Shown here: in pieces, positions 9,803 through 18,924 of the stretch
How positions within the stretch are numbered: position 1 is the first letter of the stretch
Layout of the letters: every line of letters starts with the position of its first letter
Assembly: GCA_013154175.1 (NCBI GenBank)
Contig: JAADCZ010000060.1
Location: forward strand, 7,530 to 71,529
DNA: 64,000 nucleotides
Source: Thermodesulfobacteriota bacterium
Lineage (GTDB): Bacteria > Desulfobacterota > Dissulfuribacteria > Dissulfuribacterales > QOAL01
Reading direction: 5' to 3'
Translations under genes and position numbers: made by a program
The notes under the pieces: generated by a model
Told to the model about the DNA's origin: nothing
The model's input: only the letters and a program-made list of their open reading frames with translations
The model's database searches: none

Positions 9803-9822
9803 GAAGGCTATTAATTAGGATG

Positions 9823-11136
9823 CTACTTTTTTTTCTTCGGGTCAAGCTCCACATAGCGAGGCTCGGCGCCGATGAAATGGGGAAACAGCTTGTGGCCGTG
9901 GTCAAAGAGTAATCCAGACTTCTCTGCCCATTCTTCGTCAAAGAATGCACCTGGATTGTCCTTCACATCGAGGCTGTCATAGATGACAAAGGGCACGGGC
10001 CCCCTCGCATGGGTCCTGATGGACACTGGCGTATAGTGGTCGGTTACGACCATAAGCCTGAAGGAACAGTCCATGTTCTTCATTCCATCAAATACAGTGC
10101 CCACGACCTCTTTGTCGAAGCGTTCAATAGCCTTTATCTTTTCCTGAATGTCTCCCATGTGGCCTGCCTCGTCTGGAGCCTCCACATGAACCACGACTAT
10201 ATCGTTCTTTTCTATGGCCTCTAGGGCTGCCTGGGCCTTGGCATGATAGTCTGTATCAAGAAATCCCGTGGCCCCTTCAACCTTGGGTGTCGCAAGGCCT
10301 GCCCACGTCCCCAGGCCCTTTATGAGGTCAACTGCGGCAATCACCGCGCCCTCGAGGTCATACTGTTCCGGAATGGTTGCCATTACGGGCTTCCTGCCCT
10401 GACCCCATGGCCAAATGGCATTGGCCGGCCTTTTGCCCTGTTCCATGCGTTTCTGGTTGATTGGGTGTCTGTGAAAAAGGTTGATGGCCTTTTTCAGAAC
10501 CTCGTAAAGGAGAGGTTCCTCTTCATAGACACGCCATGCCTCTGTAACATCGTGGCCCGTGTAGTCGTGGGGCGGGACGGTTGCAAGCCCCTCTGGACCT
10601 CCCCGCCAAAGCAGGAGGTGACGATAACTGATGCCTGGAAAGAGCTCAAAGGACCTGTTCTTCACTATTTCGGCCAGCTCCTTTACGAGCACCAGGGCCT
10701 CCTCTGTCGATATGTGGCCTGCGCTGTAGTCCTCCATGAAAACCCTGCCGTCCCTGAAACCGAGGGTTACGAGGTTACACCTGAAGGCCACATCTTCGGG
10801 ATTCATGCTAATGCCCATTGCAGCGGCCTCCAGCGGCCCTCTGCCTGTGTAGTACTTGTGAGGGTCGTAGCCCAGAAGGCTCATGTTGGCGACATCACTG
10901 CCAGGAGGAAGTTCGTCGGGGATGGTCTTGACCAAGCCGAATTCACCAAGCCTTGATAGAAGATCCATGAAAGGGGTCCTGGCGGCCTGGAGAGCGGTTT
11001 TGTTGTCTATGTCCTTGACGGGAAAGTCAGCCATCCCGTCACCAATGAGAATCACGTATTTGTCAACTGGATGTGAAATAGGTTCAGAATCTTCCTGCAA
11101 GACCTGTTTTTCCTTGTTGGTTGCTGCATCCGTCAT
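9823..11136 (-). CDS. ApgM-family (COG3635) cofactor-independent phosphoglycerate mutase homolog; candidate non-canonical homoserine kinase
   Basis: 437 aa with an alkaline-phosphatase-superfamily metal-site pattern (LIGDGMAD..., VEAPDEAGHMGD..., TDHYTP). Its start lies 2 nt after the hom stop. Confidence 0.7.
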   Translation of the reverse strand: MTDAATNKEKQVLQEDSEPISHPVDKYVILIGDGMADFPVKDIDNKTALQAARTPFMDLLSRLGEFGLVKTIPDELPPGSDVANMSLLGYDPHKYYTGRGPLEAAAMGISMNPEDVAFRCNLVTLGFRDGRVFMEDYSAGHISTEEALVLVKELAEIVKNRSFELFPGISYRHLLLWRGGPEGLATVPPHDYTGHDVTEAWRVYEEEPLLYEVLKKAINLFHRHPINQKRMEQGKRPANAIWPWGQGRKPVMATIPEQYDLEGAVIAAVDLIKGLGTWAGLATPKVEGATGFLDTDYHAKAQAALEAIEKNDIVVVHVEAPDEAGHMGDIQEKIKAIERFDKEVVGTVFDGMKNMDCSFRLMVVTDHYTPVSIRTHARGPVPFVIYDSLDVKDNPGAFFDEEWAEKSGLLFDHGHKLFPHFIGAEPRYVELDPKKKK

Positions 11137-11138
11137 GG

Positions 11139-12470
11139 TTACGATTCCTCCAATGCCTTCATGTCTTCTATACGAATAATCATGGTTTCGTCCAGAATGA
11201 AGTCCTGCGAGTCGATTTCTTTGAGGGCCTTCTTGACCTGACCTTCCCTTGCCTCATGGGTGAGCATTACAATTGGAACCGAAGAGGAGCGATGGGCCCT
11301 GCCTTTTTGCACGACAGAATGGATGCTTATATCCTCTTTGCCCAGGATGCCAGAGATCTTTGCGAGAACCCCGGGTTTGTCCTTTACGGAGAACCTGAAG
11401 TAGTATTTGCACAAGACCGATTCTACAGGCTTGATCGAGGCTGGGCCTATGGAGTCAAAGGGTTGTGACAGGGCAGGGACCCTGCCAATACAGCCCCGTA
11501 CAAGGTCTCTGGCAATATCCACAACGTCTGCCACTATGGCGCTGCCCGTTGGCATTTGGCCTGCGCCCATGCCATAGAGCATTACCTTGCCCACGGAATC
11601 TCCCACGAAATAGACTGCATTGAATGCCCCATTTACCTGGGAGAGCAGATGATCCTGGGGAATCATTGTGGGATGGATGCGAACATCGATGGTTTCCTGG
11701 CTGTTCTTCTTGCCAATGGCCAGGAGCTTGATGCTGTAGCCAAGTTCGGTGGCAAAGGAGATGTCCATGGGTTCTATCTTGGAAATGCCCTCGGTGTAAA
11801 TGTCTGAAAGTTCAATCTTTTTGCCAAAGGCAAGGGTAGACATGATGGCAAGCTTGTGGGCAGTGTCTATGCCTTCGACGTCGTAGGTGGGGTCTGCCTC
11901 GGCATAGCCAAGTTCCTGGGCCTGTTTTAGCACCTCCTGAAAGGGCAGGCCTTCCTGGGTCATCCTTGTAAGAATGTAGTTGGCAGTGCCGTTCATTATG
12001 CCAAGAACCGTATTTACGTTATTGGCAACGAGCCCCTCCTTCAGGGCCTTGATGCAGGGAATGCCACCACCAACACTTGCCTCTATGCCTATCTCGACCC
12101 CTTTTTTGGCAGCTGCCTCGAATATTTCAAATCCGTGGGTTGCAAGCAGGGCCTTGTTGGCAGTGACTACGTGTTTGCCCTTTTCTATTGCCTTCAGGAT
12201 GAATGTCTTGGCAGGCTCTATGCCACCGATTAGCTCCACGAAGATGTCGAGTTCCGGATCATCCAGCAAGGTGTTTATATCTGTAGTGAGGATATTCTCT
12301 GGTACTGGAAAGCCCCTGTCGGTGGTGATGTCCTTGTCACAGATCCACTTGAGATTTATTGCCGTGGATGCCCTTTGTTCCAAAAGGTGGCGCTGTTCCA
12401 GGAGAATTTTTGCAGTACCGCTTCCTACCGTACCAAAGCCAACGATGCCTACATTTACAACGTCTTTCAT
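11139..12470 (-). CDS. hom: homoserine dehydrogenase
   Basis: N-terminal Rossmann VGIVGFGTVGSG, catalytic domain and C-terminal ACT domain (YYFRFSVKDKPGVLAKISGILG). Confidence 0.95.
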   Translation of the reverse strand: MKDVVNVGIVGFGTVGSGTAKILLEQRHLLEQRASTAINLKWICDKDITTDRGFPVPENILTTDINTLLDDPELDIFVELIGGIEPAKTFILKAIEKGKHVVTANKALLATHGFEIFEAAAKKGVEIGIEASVGGGIPCIKALKEGLVANNVNTVLGIMNGTANYILTRMTQEGLPFQEVLKQAQELGYAEADPTYDVEGIDTAHKLAIMSTLAFGKKIELSDIYTEGISKIEPMDISFATELGYSIKLLAIGKKNSQETIDVRIHPTMIPQDHLLSQVNGAFNAVYFVGDSVGKVMLYGMGAGQMPTGSAIVADVVDIARDLVRGCIGRVPALSQPFDSIGPASIKPVESVLCKYYFRFSVKDKPGVLAKISGILGKEDISIHSVVQKGRAHRSSSVPIVMLTHEAREGQVKKALKEIDSQDFILDETMIIRIEDMKALEES

Positions 12471-12635
12471 TAGTCACCCCGTAAACCAGAATAAATATTG
12501 TCAAATAGCCGCCAAATTGGCTGAGTTACTCTAAACACTTATCAAAATGAGGGCAACCCTGCCATTGGCCAAAAATAGTCCATATCCAAAGAGATACTTA
12601 TTAAAAAATCAAGGGGAAATGTCGATAAATAGAGT

Positions 12636-13607
12636 GTGAACCCGCTTACCGAGATGCAAAAGACGAGGCCGGAGAAACGTGCGCTGTTACTGGCCATTGT
12701 GTGGCTGGTGGTGATAAGCCTTGCGCGTTTTCAGCTTACAAGCGGTGGTCAGACCAGCGAGCATCTCAAGATAGGTTACCTGCCCATCACGTGTCATCTC
12801 CTTCTGCCAATAGCAATGGAAAGGGACGAATTTTTTAAGAGACATGTTGAGCCAATCAAATTCACATCGTGGCCCGACATGATAGAGGCGGTGAAGGGGG
12901 GCAGGCTTGATTGTGCCCTCATCCTTGCACCAATAGCCATTTCCCTTGCTGCACAAAGGGTGCCCATAGAGGTGGCCCTCTTGGGCCACAGAAACGGAAC
13001 AGGTCTGGTGGTGGCAAGGGGTGGGCCCATTCATGGTCCAAGGGATTTCGAAGGCAAGACCGTAGCCATTCCCATAAGATTCAGCACACAGAATCTGGCT
13101 CTCTTGTCCTTTCTCGAGGATTCGGGTGTGGACATCCAGAAGGTTACGCGGGTGGAACTTCCGCCCCCAGACATGCCATCTGCCCTGGCTTCAGGTGCCA
13201 TTGACGCATATATCGTTGGTGAACCCTATGCCACCCAGTCGGTCTTGGCTGGCACCGGGGTAATCTTAAGGGATATTCGCGAAATTTGGCCAAACTTCAT
13301 TTCAAGTATCCTGATAGTGAGAAAGGATGCCCTTGATGGAAAACGAGCAAAGCTAGACACCTTGATTAGGGGGCTTTACAACCAAGGCAAATGGATAGAC
13401 AACCACCGGGCAGAAGCAGCCCGAATTGGTGCCAGATTTTTTGGGCTAAGCCCCAAACTCATAGGCGCGGTGCTTCTTGGGGGCAAGGTCAGCTATGAAG
13501 ACATCTTGCCCCGTGAAGAGGAGTTTTCACAGATAGCCTCGAGGATGAAAAGGCATCATCTGCTCGAGCACGTTCCCAGGCTAGAGATTTATAGGGGCTG
13601 GAAATGA
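12636..13607 (+). CDS. ABC transporter substrate-binding protein, NitT/TauT (nitrate/sulfonate/bicarbonate) family
   Basis: N-terminal TM/signal segment followed by an NMT1/NrtA-like fold (LKIGYLPITCH...). It precedes the cognate permease and ATPase. GTG at 12636 or ATG at 12654 is the start. Confidence 0.75.
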   Translation: MNPLTEMQKTRPEKRALLLAIVWLVVISLARFQLTSGGQTSEHLKIGYLPITCHLLLPIAMERDEFFKRHVEPIKFTSWPDMIEAVKGGRLDCALILAPIAISLAAQRVPIEVALLGHRNGTGLVVARGGPIHGPRDFEGKTVAIPIRFSTQNLALLSFLEDSGVDIQKVTRVELPPPDMPSALASGAIDAYIVGEPYATQSVLAGTGVILRDIREIWPNFISSILIVRKDALDGKRAKLDTLIRGLYNQGKWIDNHRAEAARIGARFFGLSPKLIGAVLLGGKVSYEDILPREEEFSQIASRMKRHHLLEHVPRLEIYRGWK

Positions 13608-14356
13608 AGAGATTTAAGCCGCTTCTAAGCTTTTTGGCCCTGATTGTCCTTTGGCAGGCTGGCGTCGTCTTGTTGAAGGTGCCAGATTTCATGTTCCCAA
13701 GGCCCTATGCAGTGGCCCAGGCCCTATATGAGATGTTGGTCGATGGCCAGCTTTACAAGAATGGGGTGGCCAGCCTCTTTCGGGTGACCTGGGGCTTTTA
13801 TCTGGCCCTGGTTACAGCCGTTCCCCTGGGACTATTCCTAGGGCGCCAAAGATCCATGCGCGATTTTTTAAATCCCCTGATCCAGTTTCTAAGACCCATA
13901 TCGCCCCTTGCCTGGATACCAGTTGCCCTCATGTGGTTTGGAATCGGTGACAAGCCTGCCATATTTCTCATCTTTCTTTCTTCTTTTTTCCCCCTGGTGG
14001 TATTCACTACCAGTTCTGTACTCAACATAAGGAGCACGTATCTGAGGGTGGCCAGAAACTTTGGATTCGAGGGGAAAGAACTCTATCTGAAGGTCATTCT
14101 TCCTGCAGTGTTGCCAGACATCGTAACGGCGATTCGAATAACCCTTGGCACAGCGTGGCTAGTCATCGTGGCTGCGGAGATGATTGCAGTGAAGTCTGGC
14201 CTGGGATACCTGATAATCGATGCGAGAAATTCCCTCAGGATGGACAGGGTGGTGGCAGGGATGGTTGCCATCGGGGTGATTGGTCTGGTGCTTGATTATT
14301 TGGTGAGGTTTTTGGAACGTATGCCAAGTGTCACATGGAGCAGGAGAAGACGTTGA
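13604..14356 (+). CDS. ABC transporter permease, NitT/TauT family
   Basis: 250-aa polytopic protein with a BPD_transp_1 EAA-like loop (VAAEMIAVKSGLGYLI). 4-nt overlap with the SBP gene. Confidence 0.8.
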   Translation: MKRFKPLLSFLALIVLWQAGVVLLKVPDFMFPRPYAVAQALYEMLVDGQLYKNGVASLFRVTWGFYLALVTAVPLGLFLGRQRSMRDFLNPLIQFLRPISPLAWIPVALMWFGIGDKPAIFLIFLSSFFPLVVFTTSSVLNIRSTYLRVARNFGFEGKELYLKVILPAVLPDIVTAIRITLGTAWLVIVAAEMIAVKSGLGYLIIDARNSLRMDRVVAGMVAIGVIGLVLDYLVRFLERMPSVTWSRRRR

Positions 14357-15138
14357 CAAAAATAGAGGTTAGGGAGCTAAAGAAGGCATATATCGAGCGG
14401 CGCACCAAAAAGCGGTTTTACTCCCAGTGTGGAGCCCATGAGTATTGTCCCGTCCTGGATGGCATCTCTTTTTCCATACCAACAGGCTGTTTTACATGTT
14501 TCATTGGTCCGTCTGGTTGCGGAAAGTCCACCATGTTCAGGATTATCTCAGGCTTTGAAGAGCCTACTTCAGGCAGTGTGCTCATCGATGGCAAAGAGGT
14601 TGAGGGGCCAAGCAGCAGACACGTGTGCGTGTTTCAGGAAGATGGGCTCTTCCCGTGGTTTACAGCCAGGGAAAATATTGGTCTAGGGCTGAAAGATGCC
14701 CGCTCCCCAGGGGCTCAAGAGGAAATAGAGGAATACCTGGAGCTCGTTGGTCTTTCAGGCTTTGGAGATCATTACCCCCATGAGCTGTCGGGAGGCATGA
14801 GGCGACGCGCCGAGGTTGCAAGGGCCCTTATAATGAACCCGGATATTTTGTTCATGGATGAACCCTTTGGTGCCCTAGATTTTGTCACAAGGCTCCAGAT
14901 GCGGGAGGAGATGGTGAATGTTCACCAGATGTTCGACATGACGATTCTGTTCATAACCCACGACATCGACGAGGCCCTTCAGTTGGGGGACAAGATAATA
15001 ATGCTCACTGACCGCCCTTCAAAGGTTGCATGGGATCTGGACCTCGATTTTCCCCATCCGCGCGATCTATCCGTTGGACCCTTGCGGGAGCTGAGACGAG
15101 AGATCTACCACCGAATGGGCCTTCATGTGGCGTTGTAG
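14335..15138 (+). CDS. ABC transporter ATP-binding protein, NitT/TauT family
   Basis: Walker A GPSGCGKST, signature LSGGMRRRAEVARAL and Walker B LFMDEP. Confidence 0.85.
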   Translation: MEQEKTLTKIEVRELKKAYIERRTKKRFYSQCGAHEYCPVLDGISFSIPTGCFTCFIGPSGCGKSTMFRIISGFEEPTSGSVLIDGKEVEGPSSRHVCVFQEDGLFPWFTARENIGLGLKDARSPGAQEEIEEYLELVGLSGFGDHYPHELSGGMRRRAEVARALIMNPDILFMDEPFGALDFVTRLQMREEMVNVHQMFDMTILFITHDIDEALQLGDKIIMLTDRPSKVAWDLDLDFPHPRDLSVGPLRELRREIYHRMGLHVAL

Positions 15139-15152
15139 AATGGGCATGTAAA

Positions 15153-15180
15153 GGGGCTTTTGGGACATTTCCCAGGCCCC
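15153..15180. terminator. possible terminator hairpin between convergent genes
   Basis: GGGGC-TTT-TGGGA-CATT-TCCCA-G-GCCCC (10 bp in two segments). There is no clean U-run on either strand. Confidence 0.3.
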
Positions 15181-15207
15181 ATGAGCCTTTGAGGGTTCGG
15201 GGAACAG

Positions 15208-15690
15208 TCAGCTTTGTGTGAGCCAAAGCTCTATCTCTGCCTTTGATGGAATCTTGCCACTGCTTACAAGCTTGTCTCCAATCATGAGGGCAGGGGTTTT
15301 CTCGACTCCGTATCTATGGATTTCGTCCCTGTCGGTTACATGGTAGATGTCTGCTGCAATTGCCTTTTCTGACATGATCTGCAAGACAAGCTCTTCTATC
15401 CGGTTACACCCAATACAGCCAGGTCCAAGTATCCGCACGGTAAGGGGGCCCTGCTCCTGCTGGCCTTTGACGTCACTTTCCTCTTTTAAGAGAAGCTCCA
15501 GGGCCTCCAAATAGTCACTTCGGACCGAGGAGGGGATGTAGTTTTTCCTTTGAATAATCTCCAGAAGTTTCCTTGCGCCCTCTTTGGCATCGAGCCCTTC
15601 CTCCTTCATGAGGGTGCGCACTTTGTTCAGGGCGAGCTCCAGCCCGAAAATCCCTATTGGTTTTCCCTTTATTTTTATAATGTTTGCCAT
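15208..15690 (-). CDS. thioredoxin-fold protein (MTH895/Thioredoxin_3-like C-terminal domain, CIGC redox motif) with an uncharacterised about 85-aa N-terminal domain
   Basis: The C-terminal half (VRILGPGCIGCNRIEELV...TPALMIGDKLVSSGKIP) matches small glutaredoxin-like Trx proteins. The ATG directly abuts the der stop (TAAATG). Confidence 0.6.
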   Translation of the reverse strand: MANIIKIKGKPIGIFGLELALNKVRTLMKEEGLDAKEGARKLLEIIQRKNYIPSSVRSDYLEALELLLKEESDVKGQQEQGPLTVRILGPGCIGCNRIEELVLQIMSEKAIAADIYHVTDRDEIHRYGVEKTPALMIGDKLVSSGKIPSKAEIELWLTQS

Positions 15691-17100
15691 TTACCTTGCC
15701 CTCAGCACGATTTTTATGGGAGTATGCGGTATGTTCAGCTCTTTTCTGAAAAAATTACTCAGATACCGCTTGTAATGGTCGGGAAATAGTTCCGGATAAT
15801 TGGCAAAAAAGGTGAAGGTAGGCGGCTTGGTATCGGTCTGGGTAACGTAGTAGAGCTTCAGATAGTGTCCCTTTGTCACAGGGGGATTCCTCCTGGCAAT
15901 GGCCTGGCGCAGAATACGGTTGAGTTTTCCTGTTGTTTCCTTGTAGTTGTAGTCATGGAAGACGTCGTCTATCAGGGGGAAAAGTTTGTCCAGGTTCTTT
16001 CCTGTCCTTGCCGATACATTCAGGTGCGGGGCATATGGGACGAGTTTTTTGAGAAACTTTGCCTCCTCATTCAAGATGCGCACCCGTGTCGGGTCAGACT
16101 TGACCAGATCCCACTTGTTGTAGAGGGTGATACAGCCCTTACCGAAGCGTGAGGTATAGCCAACGAGCCTCTTGTCTTGGTCGGTGATTCCTTCAGAGGC
16201 GTCAAATACGCAGATACAGATATCGCTGTCCTTGATGGAATCGAGGGATTTTATGGCACTGAATTTCTCTATCTTGTCCTTCACCCTGGACTTTCTTCTC
16301 ACCCCTGCAGTATCCACGAAGATGATGGGCCGATGACCTGGCCGTTCCACCAGGCAATCGATGGCGTCCCGGGTTGTCCCCGGAAGGTCGGAGACAACCA
16401 TCCTTGGCTCTCCAAGGATTCGGTTCAATATGGATGATTTGCCTACGTTTGGCCTGCCAATAATGCTCACCCTTATGGGGGTAAGCTCGTCTTCCCCTGC
16501 TTCGTCTTCAGTTAATGAAGCTTTGTCACCCTCGTCTTCACAAGGGGCGGTGACTTCAGCCCTGGGTTCCTTGAAGAGCAACTTTGACAGCACATCTTTG
16601 AGCTTGTTTAGACCACGGCCCGTTTTCACCGAGATGTCCACGATCTGGTCCAGACCTGTCTCATAGAATTCGGCAAGGTTTGCCAGCCTTTGGTCTGAAT
16701 CTATCTTGTTGACTGCGGCAACAAAGGGCTTTTTTGACCTTCGTACGAGGCCTAAAAGGTCCAGGTCGTCTGGTGTCAGACCTTCTGAGCCGTCGAAAAT
16801 CAGAAGCAGGGCGTCTGCCTCACTTATGGCCTGGTTTGTTTGGTTGACCACATCCTGGGCAAGGGGATCTTCCAGCCCCTGGGCGATTCCCCCTGTATCG
16901 ATGATGGTGACCTCGCCCTGTGGGAATGTGGCCTTGGCATAGCGCCTGTCCCGGGTAAGGCCCGGGGTTTCCGCAACTAGTGCTGCCTTTGACCTGGTGA
17001 GCTTGTTGAACAGGGAAGACTTGCCCACGTTTGGTCTGCCAATTAGCGCAAGCTTAGGCACTTTAGTATCTCCCCTTGAATTTTTTTCCTTTGTTAGCAT
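15691..17100 (-). CDS. der: ribosome biogenesis GTPase Der (EngA)
   Basis: Two tandem GTPase domains (GRPNVGKSSLFN...DTGG; GRPNVGKSSILN...DTAG) and a KH-like C-terminus. Confidence 0.95.
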   Translation of the reverse strand: MLTKEKNSRGDTKVPKLALIGRPNVGKSSLFNKLTRSKAALVAETPGLTRDRRYAKATFPQGEVTIIDTGGIAQGLEDPLAQDVVNQTNQAISEADALLLIFDGSEGLTPDDLDLLGLVRRSKKPFVAAVNKIDSDQRLANLAEFYETGLDQIVDISVKTGRGLNKLKDVLSKLLFKEPRAEVTAPCEDEGDKASLTEDEAGEDELTPIRVSIIGRPNVGKSSILNRILGEPRMVVSDLPGTTRDAIDCLVERPGHRPIIFVDTAGVRRKSRVKDKIEKFSAIKSLDSIKDSDICICVFDASEGITDQDKRLVGYTSRFGKGCITLYNKWDLVKSDPTRVRILNEEAKFLKKLVPYAPHLNVSARTGKNLDKLFPLIDDVFHDYNYKETTGKLNRILRQAIARRNPPVTKGHYLKLYYVTQTDTKPPTFTFFANYPELFPDHYKRYLSNFFRKELNIPHTPIKIVLRAR

Positions 17101-17107
17101 AAAAATT

Positions 17108-17136
17108 TTGTATTATCTCTTCAAATTTAATATAAT
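17108..17136 (+). promoter_or_regulatory. candidate sigma-70 promoter for the DJ-1/rpoH transcription unit
   Basis: -35 TTGTAT (17108-17113), 17-nt spacer and consensus -10 TATAAT (17131-17136). This would give a leader of about 145 nt. Confidence 0.4.
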
Positions 17137-17288
17137 TTTAAAGTGCTTTTTTCGATGCCTTTGAAAGATAGTGGTTTTCTCTCAGGCTTCAAGTAAATTG
17201 TAGTCTCTAGGGGCCACAGGGCAATCGCAACCCGTACCAGGCCCCAAATATTTTTTATCCTGAAACTTTGTTTGGGAGGTTTGTGGAA

Positions 17289-17840
17289 ATGGATAAAAGG
17301 GCTGTCATCATTCTGGCCCCAGGTTATGAAGAGTTGGAAGCAGTGGCTGTAGTGGACATACTTCGCAGGGCAGGTATAGACATAAAAATAGCGGGGGTGC
17401 AGGAAGGGCCTGTACCTTCGGCAAGGGATGTAAAAATCGTCCCTGATGTGACCTTGGATGAGATAAAGGATGAAAAGTTCGATCTTATAATACTGCCAGG
17501 TGGTCTGGATAGCACAGAGGCCCTTGCCAAGGATGACAGGGTGGTCGGAATGCTAAAACGTCAGCTTGACGAAGGCAGGATGGTTGGTGCAATATGTGCA
17601 GCCCCCACAATCCTGGACAGGCACGGGCTTAGTCAGGGTAAAGAGATAACTTGCCATCCTGTTTGCAGGGAGGCAGTAAAACAGTCCCAACTTTCAGATA
17701 ACAGGGTGGTTGCTGATGGCCTTCTTGTCACAAGTCAGGCACCAGGCACGGCCCTGGAGTTTGCCTTGAGACTTGTTGAGAAGTTAGCAGGAACAGAGAA
17801 GATGAATGAGGTTAACAAAGGCGTATTAGCCAAGATCTAA
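17289..17840 (+). CDS. DJ-1/PfpI (YajL/ThiJ) family protein
   Basis: Nucleophile-elbow Cys motif GAICAAP and LPGG motif. SD GGGAGG lies 9 nt upstream of ATG 17289. The track start at 17268 is TTG, upstream of the SD. Confidence 0.85.
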   Translation: MDKRAVIILAPGYEELEAVAVVDILRRAGIDIKIAGVQEGPVPSARDVKIVPDVTLDEIKDEKFDLIILPGGLDSTEALAKDDRVVGMLKRQLDEGRMVGAICAAPTILDRHGLSQGKEITCHPVCREAVKQSQLSDNRVVADGLLVTSQAPGTALEFALRLVEKLAGTEKMNEVNKGVLAKI

Positions 17841-17853
17841 GTTGGGGAGGTTT

Positions 17854-18837
17854 ATGACCCAAAAAACAGCCAAGAAAAAAAGAAAGCCAGGTCGGCCCAG
17901 GGGCAGAAAGAAGAAGGCAACAAAGGCGAAAAAAGAAATAAACAGCGTTCCCGCAGTGAGCCCTAGCAAGGATCTGCTTCCCCTCGAAGCGGATAACCTG
18001 CAGCGATACCTGGCGGAGATCAACAAGTACCCGCTTCTTAGCAAGGAGGAGGAAGAGGCCATAACCAAGGCCTACTATGAGACCAAGGACCCAGCCCTTG
18101 CCCATAAGATAGTTACATCCAATTTGAGGCTCGTGGTGAAGATTGCCTTGGATTTCCAGAAGTTTTGGATGCAGAATTTCCTGGATCTCATCCAGGAAGG
18201 CAATGTTGGGCTCATGCATGCCGTGAAGAAGTTCAACCCCTACAAAGGGGTCAAGTTTTCCTATTATGCATCCTTCTGGATAAAGGCATACATCCTCAAG
18301 TTCATAATGGACAACTGGCGGCTGGTTAAGATTGGTACCACCCAGGCCCAAAGAAAGCTCTTTTATAACTTGAACAAAGAAAAGGAGAGCCTCAGGGCCT
18401 TGGGTTTCGAGCCAGTGCCGAAACTAATTTCCAAGAGGCTCAATGTGTCTGAACAAGACGTGATAGACATGGAGCAACGGATGGGGTCTTGGGAGGTTTC
18501 CCTAGATGCCCCTGTAAAGCAGGATTCCGAAGACAGCTACATGGAGTTTCTGCCAAGCAAGGAGCCTGAGGTGGAGCAGGTATTGGCAAAGCAGGAGATG
18601 CAGGAAAAACTCCATGAAAAGCTTCAGGAGTTTGCCTCTACCCTCAAGGATAGGGAAAAGATTATATTTGAAGAAAGGCTTTTGGCTGAAGAGCCCAAAA
18701 CATTGCAGGAAATCGGAGAACGGTTTGGGGTTTCAAGGGAAAGGGTGCGTCAGATAGAGTCACGCCTCAAAAAGAAGCTAGGCAAGTTCCTTGAGTCTCA
18801 ACTTCCGGACATCGTTCCTGGTGCCTCTCCTGTCTAA
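17854..18837 (+). CDS. rpoH: RNA polymerase sigma-32 (heat-shock) factor RpoH-like, with basic N-terminal extension
   Basis: Regions 2 to 4 plus an RpoH-box-like segment (TTQAQRKLFYNLNK). SD GGGGAGG lies just before ATG 17854. Confidence 0.85.
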   Translation: MTQKTAKKKRKPGRPRGRKKKATKAKKEINSVPAVSPSKDLLPLEADNLQRYLAEINKYPLLSKEEEEAITKAYYETKDPALAHKIVTSNLRLVVKIALDFQKFWMQNFLDLIQEGNVGLMHAVKKFNPYKGVKFSYYASFWIKAYILKFIMDNWRLVKIGTTQAQRKLFYNLNKEKESLRALGFEPVPKLISKRLNVSEQDVIDMEQRMGSWEVSLDAPVKQDSEDSYMEFLPSKEPEVEQVLAKQEMQEKLHEKLQEFASTLKDREKIIFEERLLAEEPKTLQEIGERFGVSRERVRQIESRLKKKLGKFLESQLPDIVPGASPV

Positions 18838-18924
18838 ATGTCTTGAAGTCATATTCCATTTGGTTGTTACTGTGATACGTTATGGAATCTATTATTTGCT
18901 AGGTTGGTACGGCGGGTTATGTAA

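Noticed and set aside
10243-10956. 237-aa ORF antisense to the ApgM-family gene
   Set aside because: It is a shadow ORF inside a well-supported CDS, and its translation has no family resemblance.
17812-18351. 179-aa ORF antisense to rpoH
   Set aside because: It is a shadow ORF. The sense strand carries clear sigma-70 family regions and the RpoH box.
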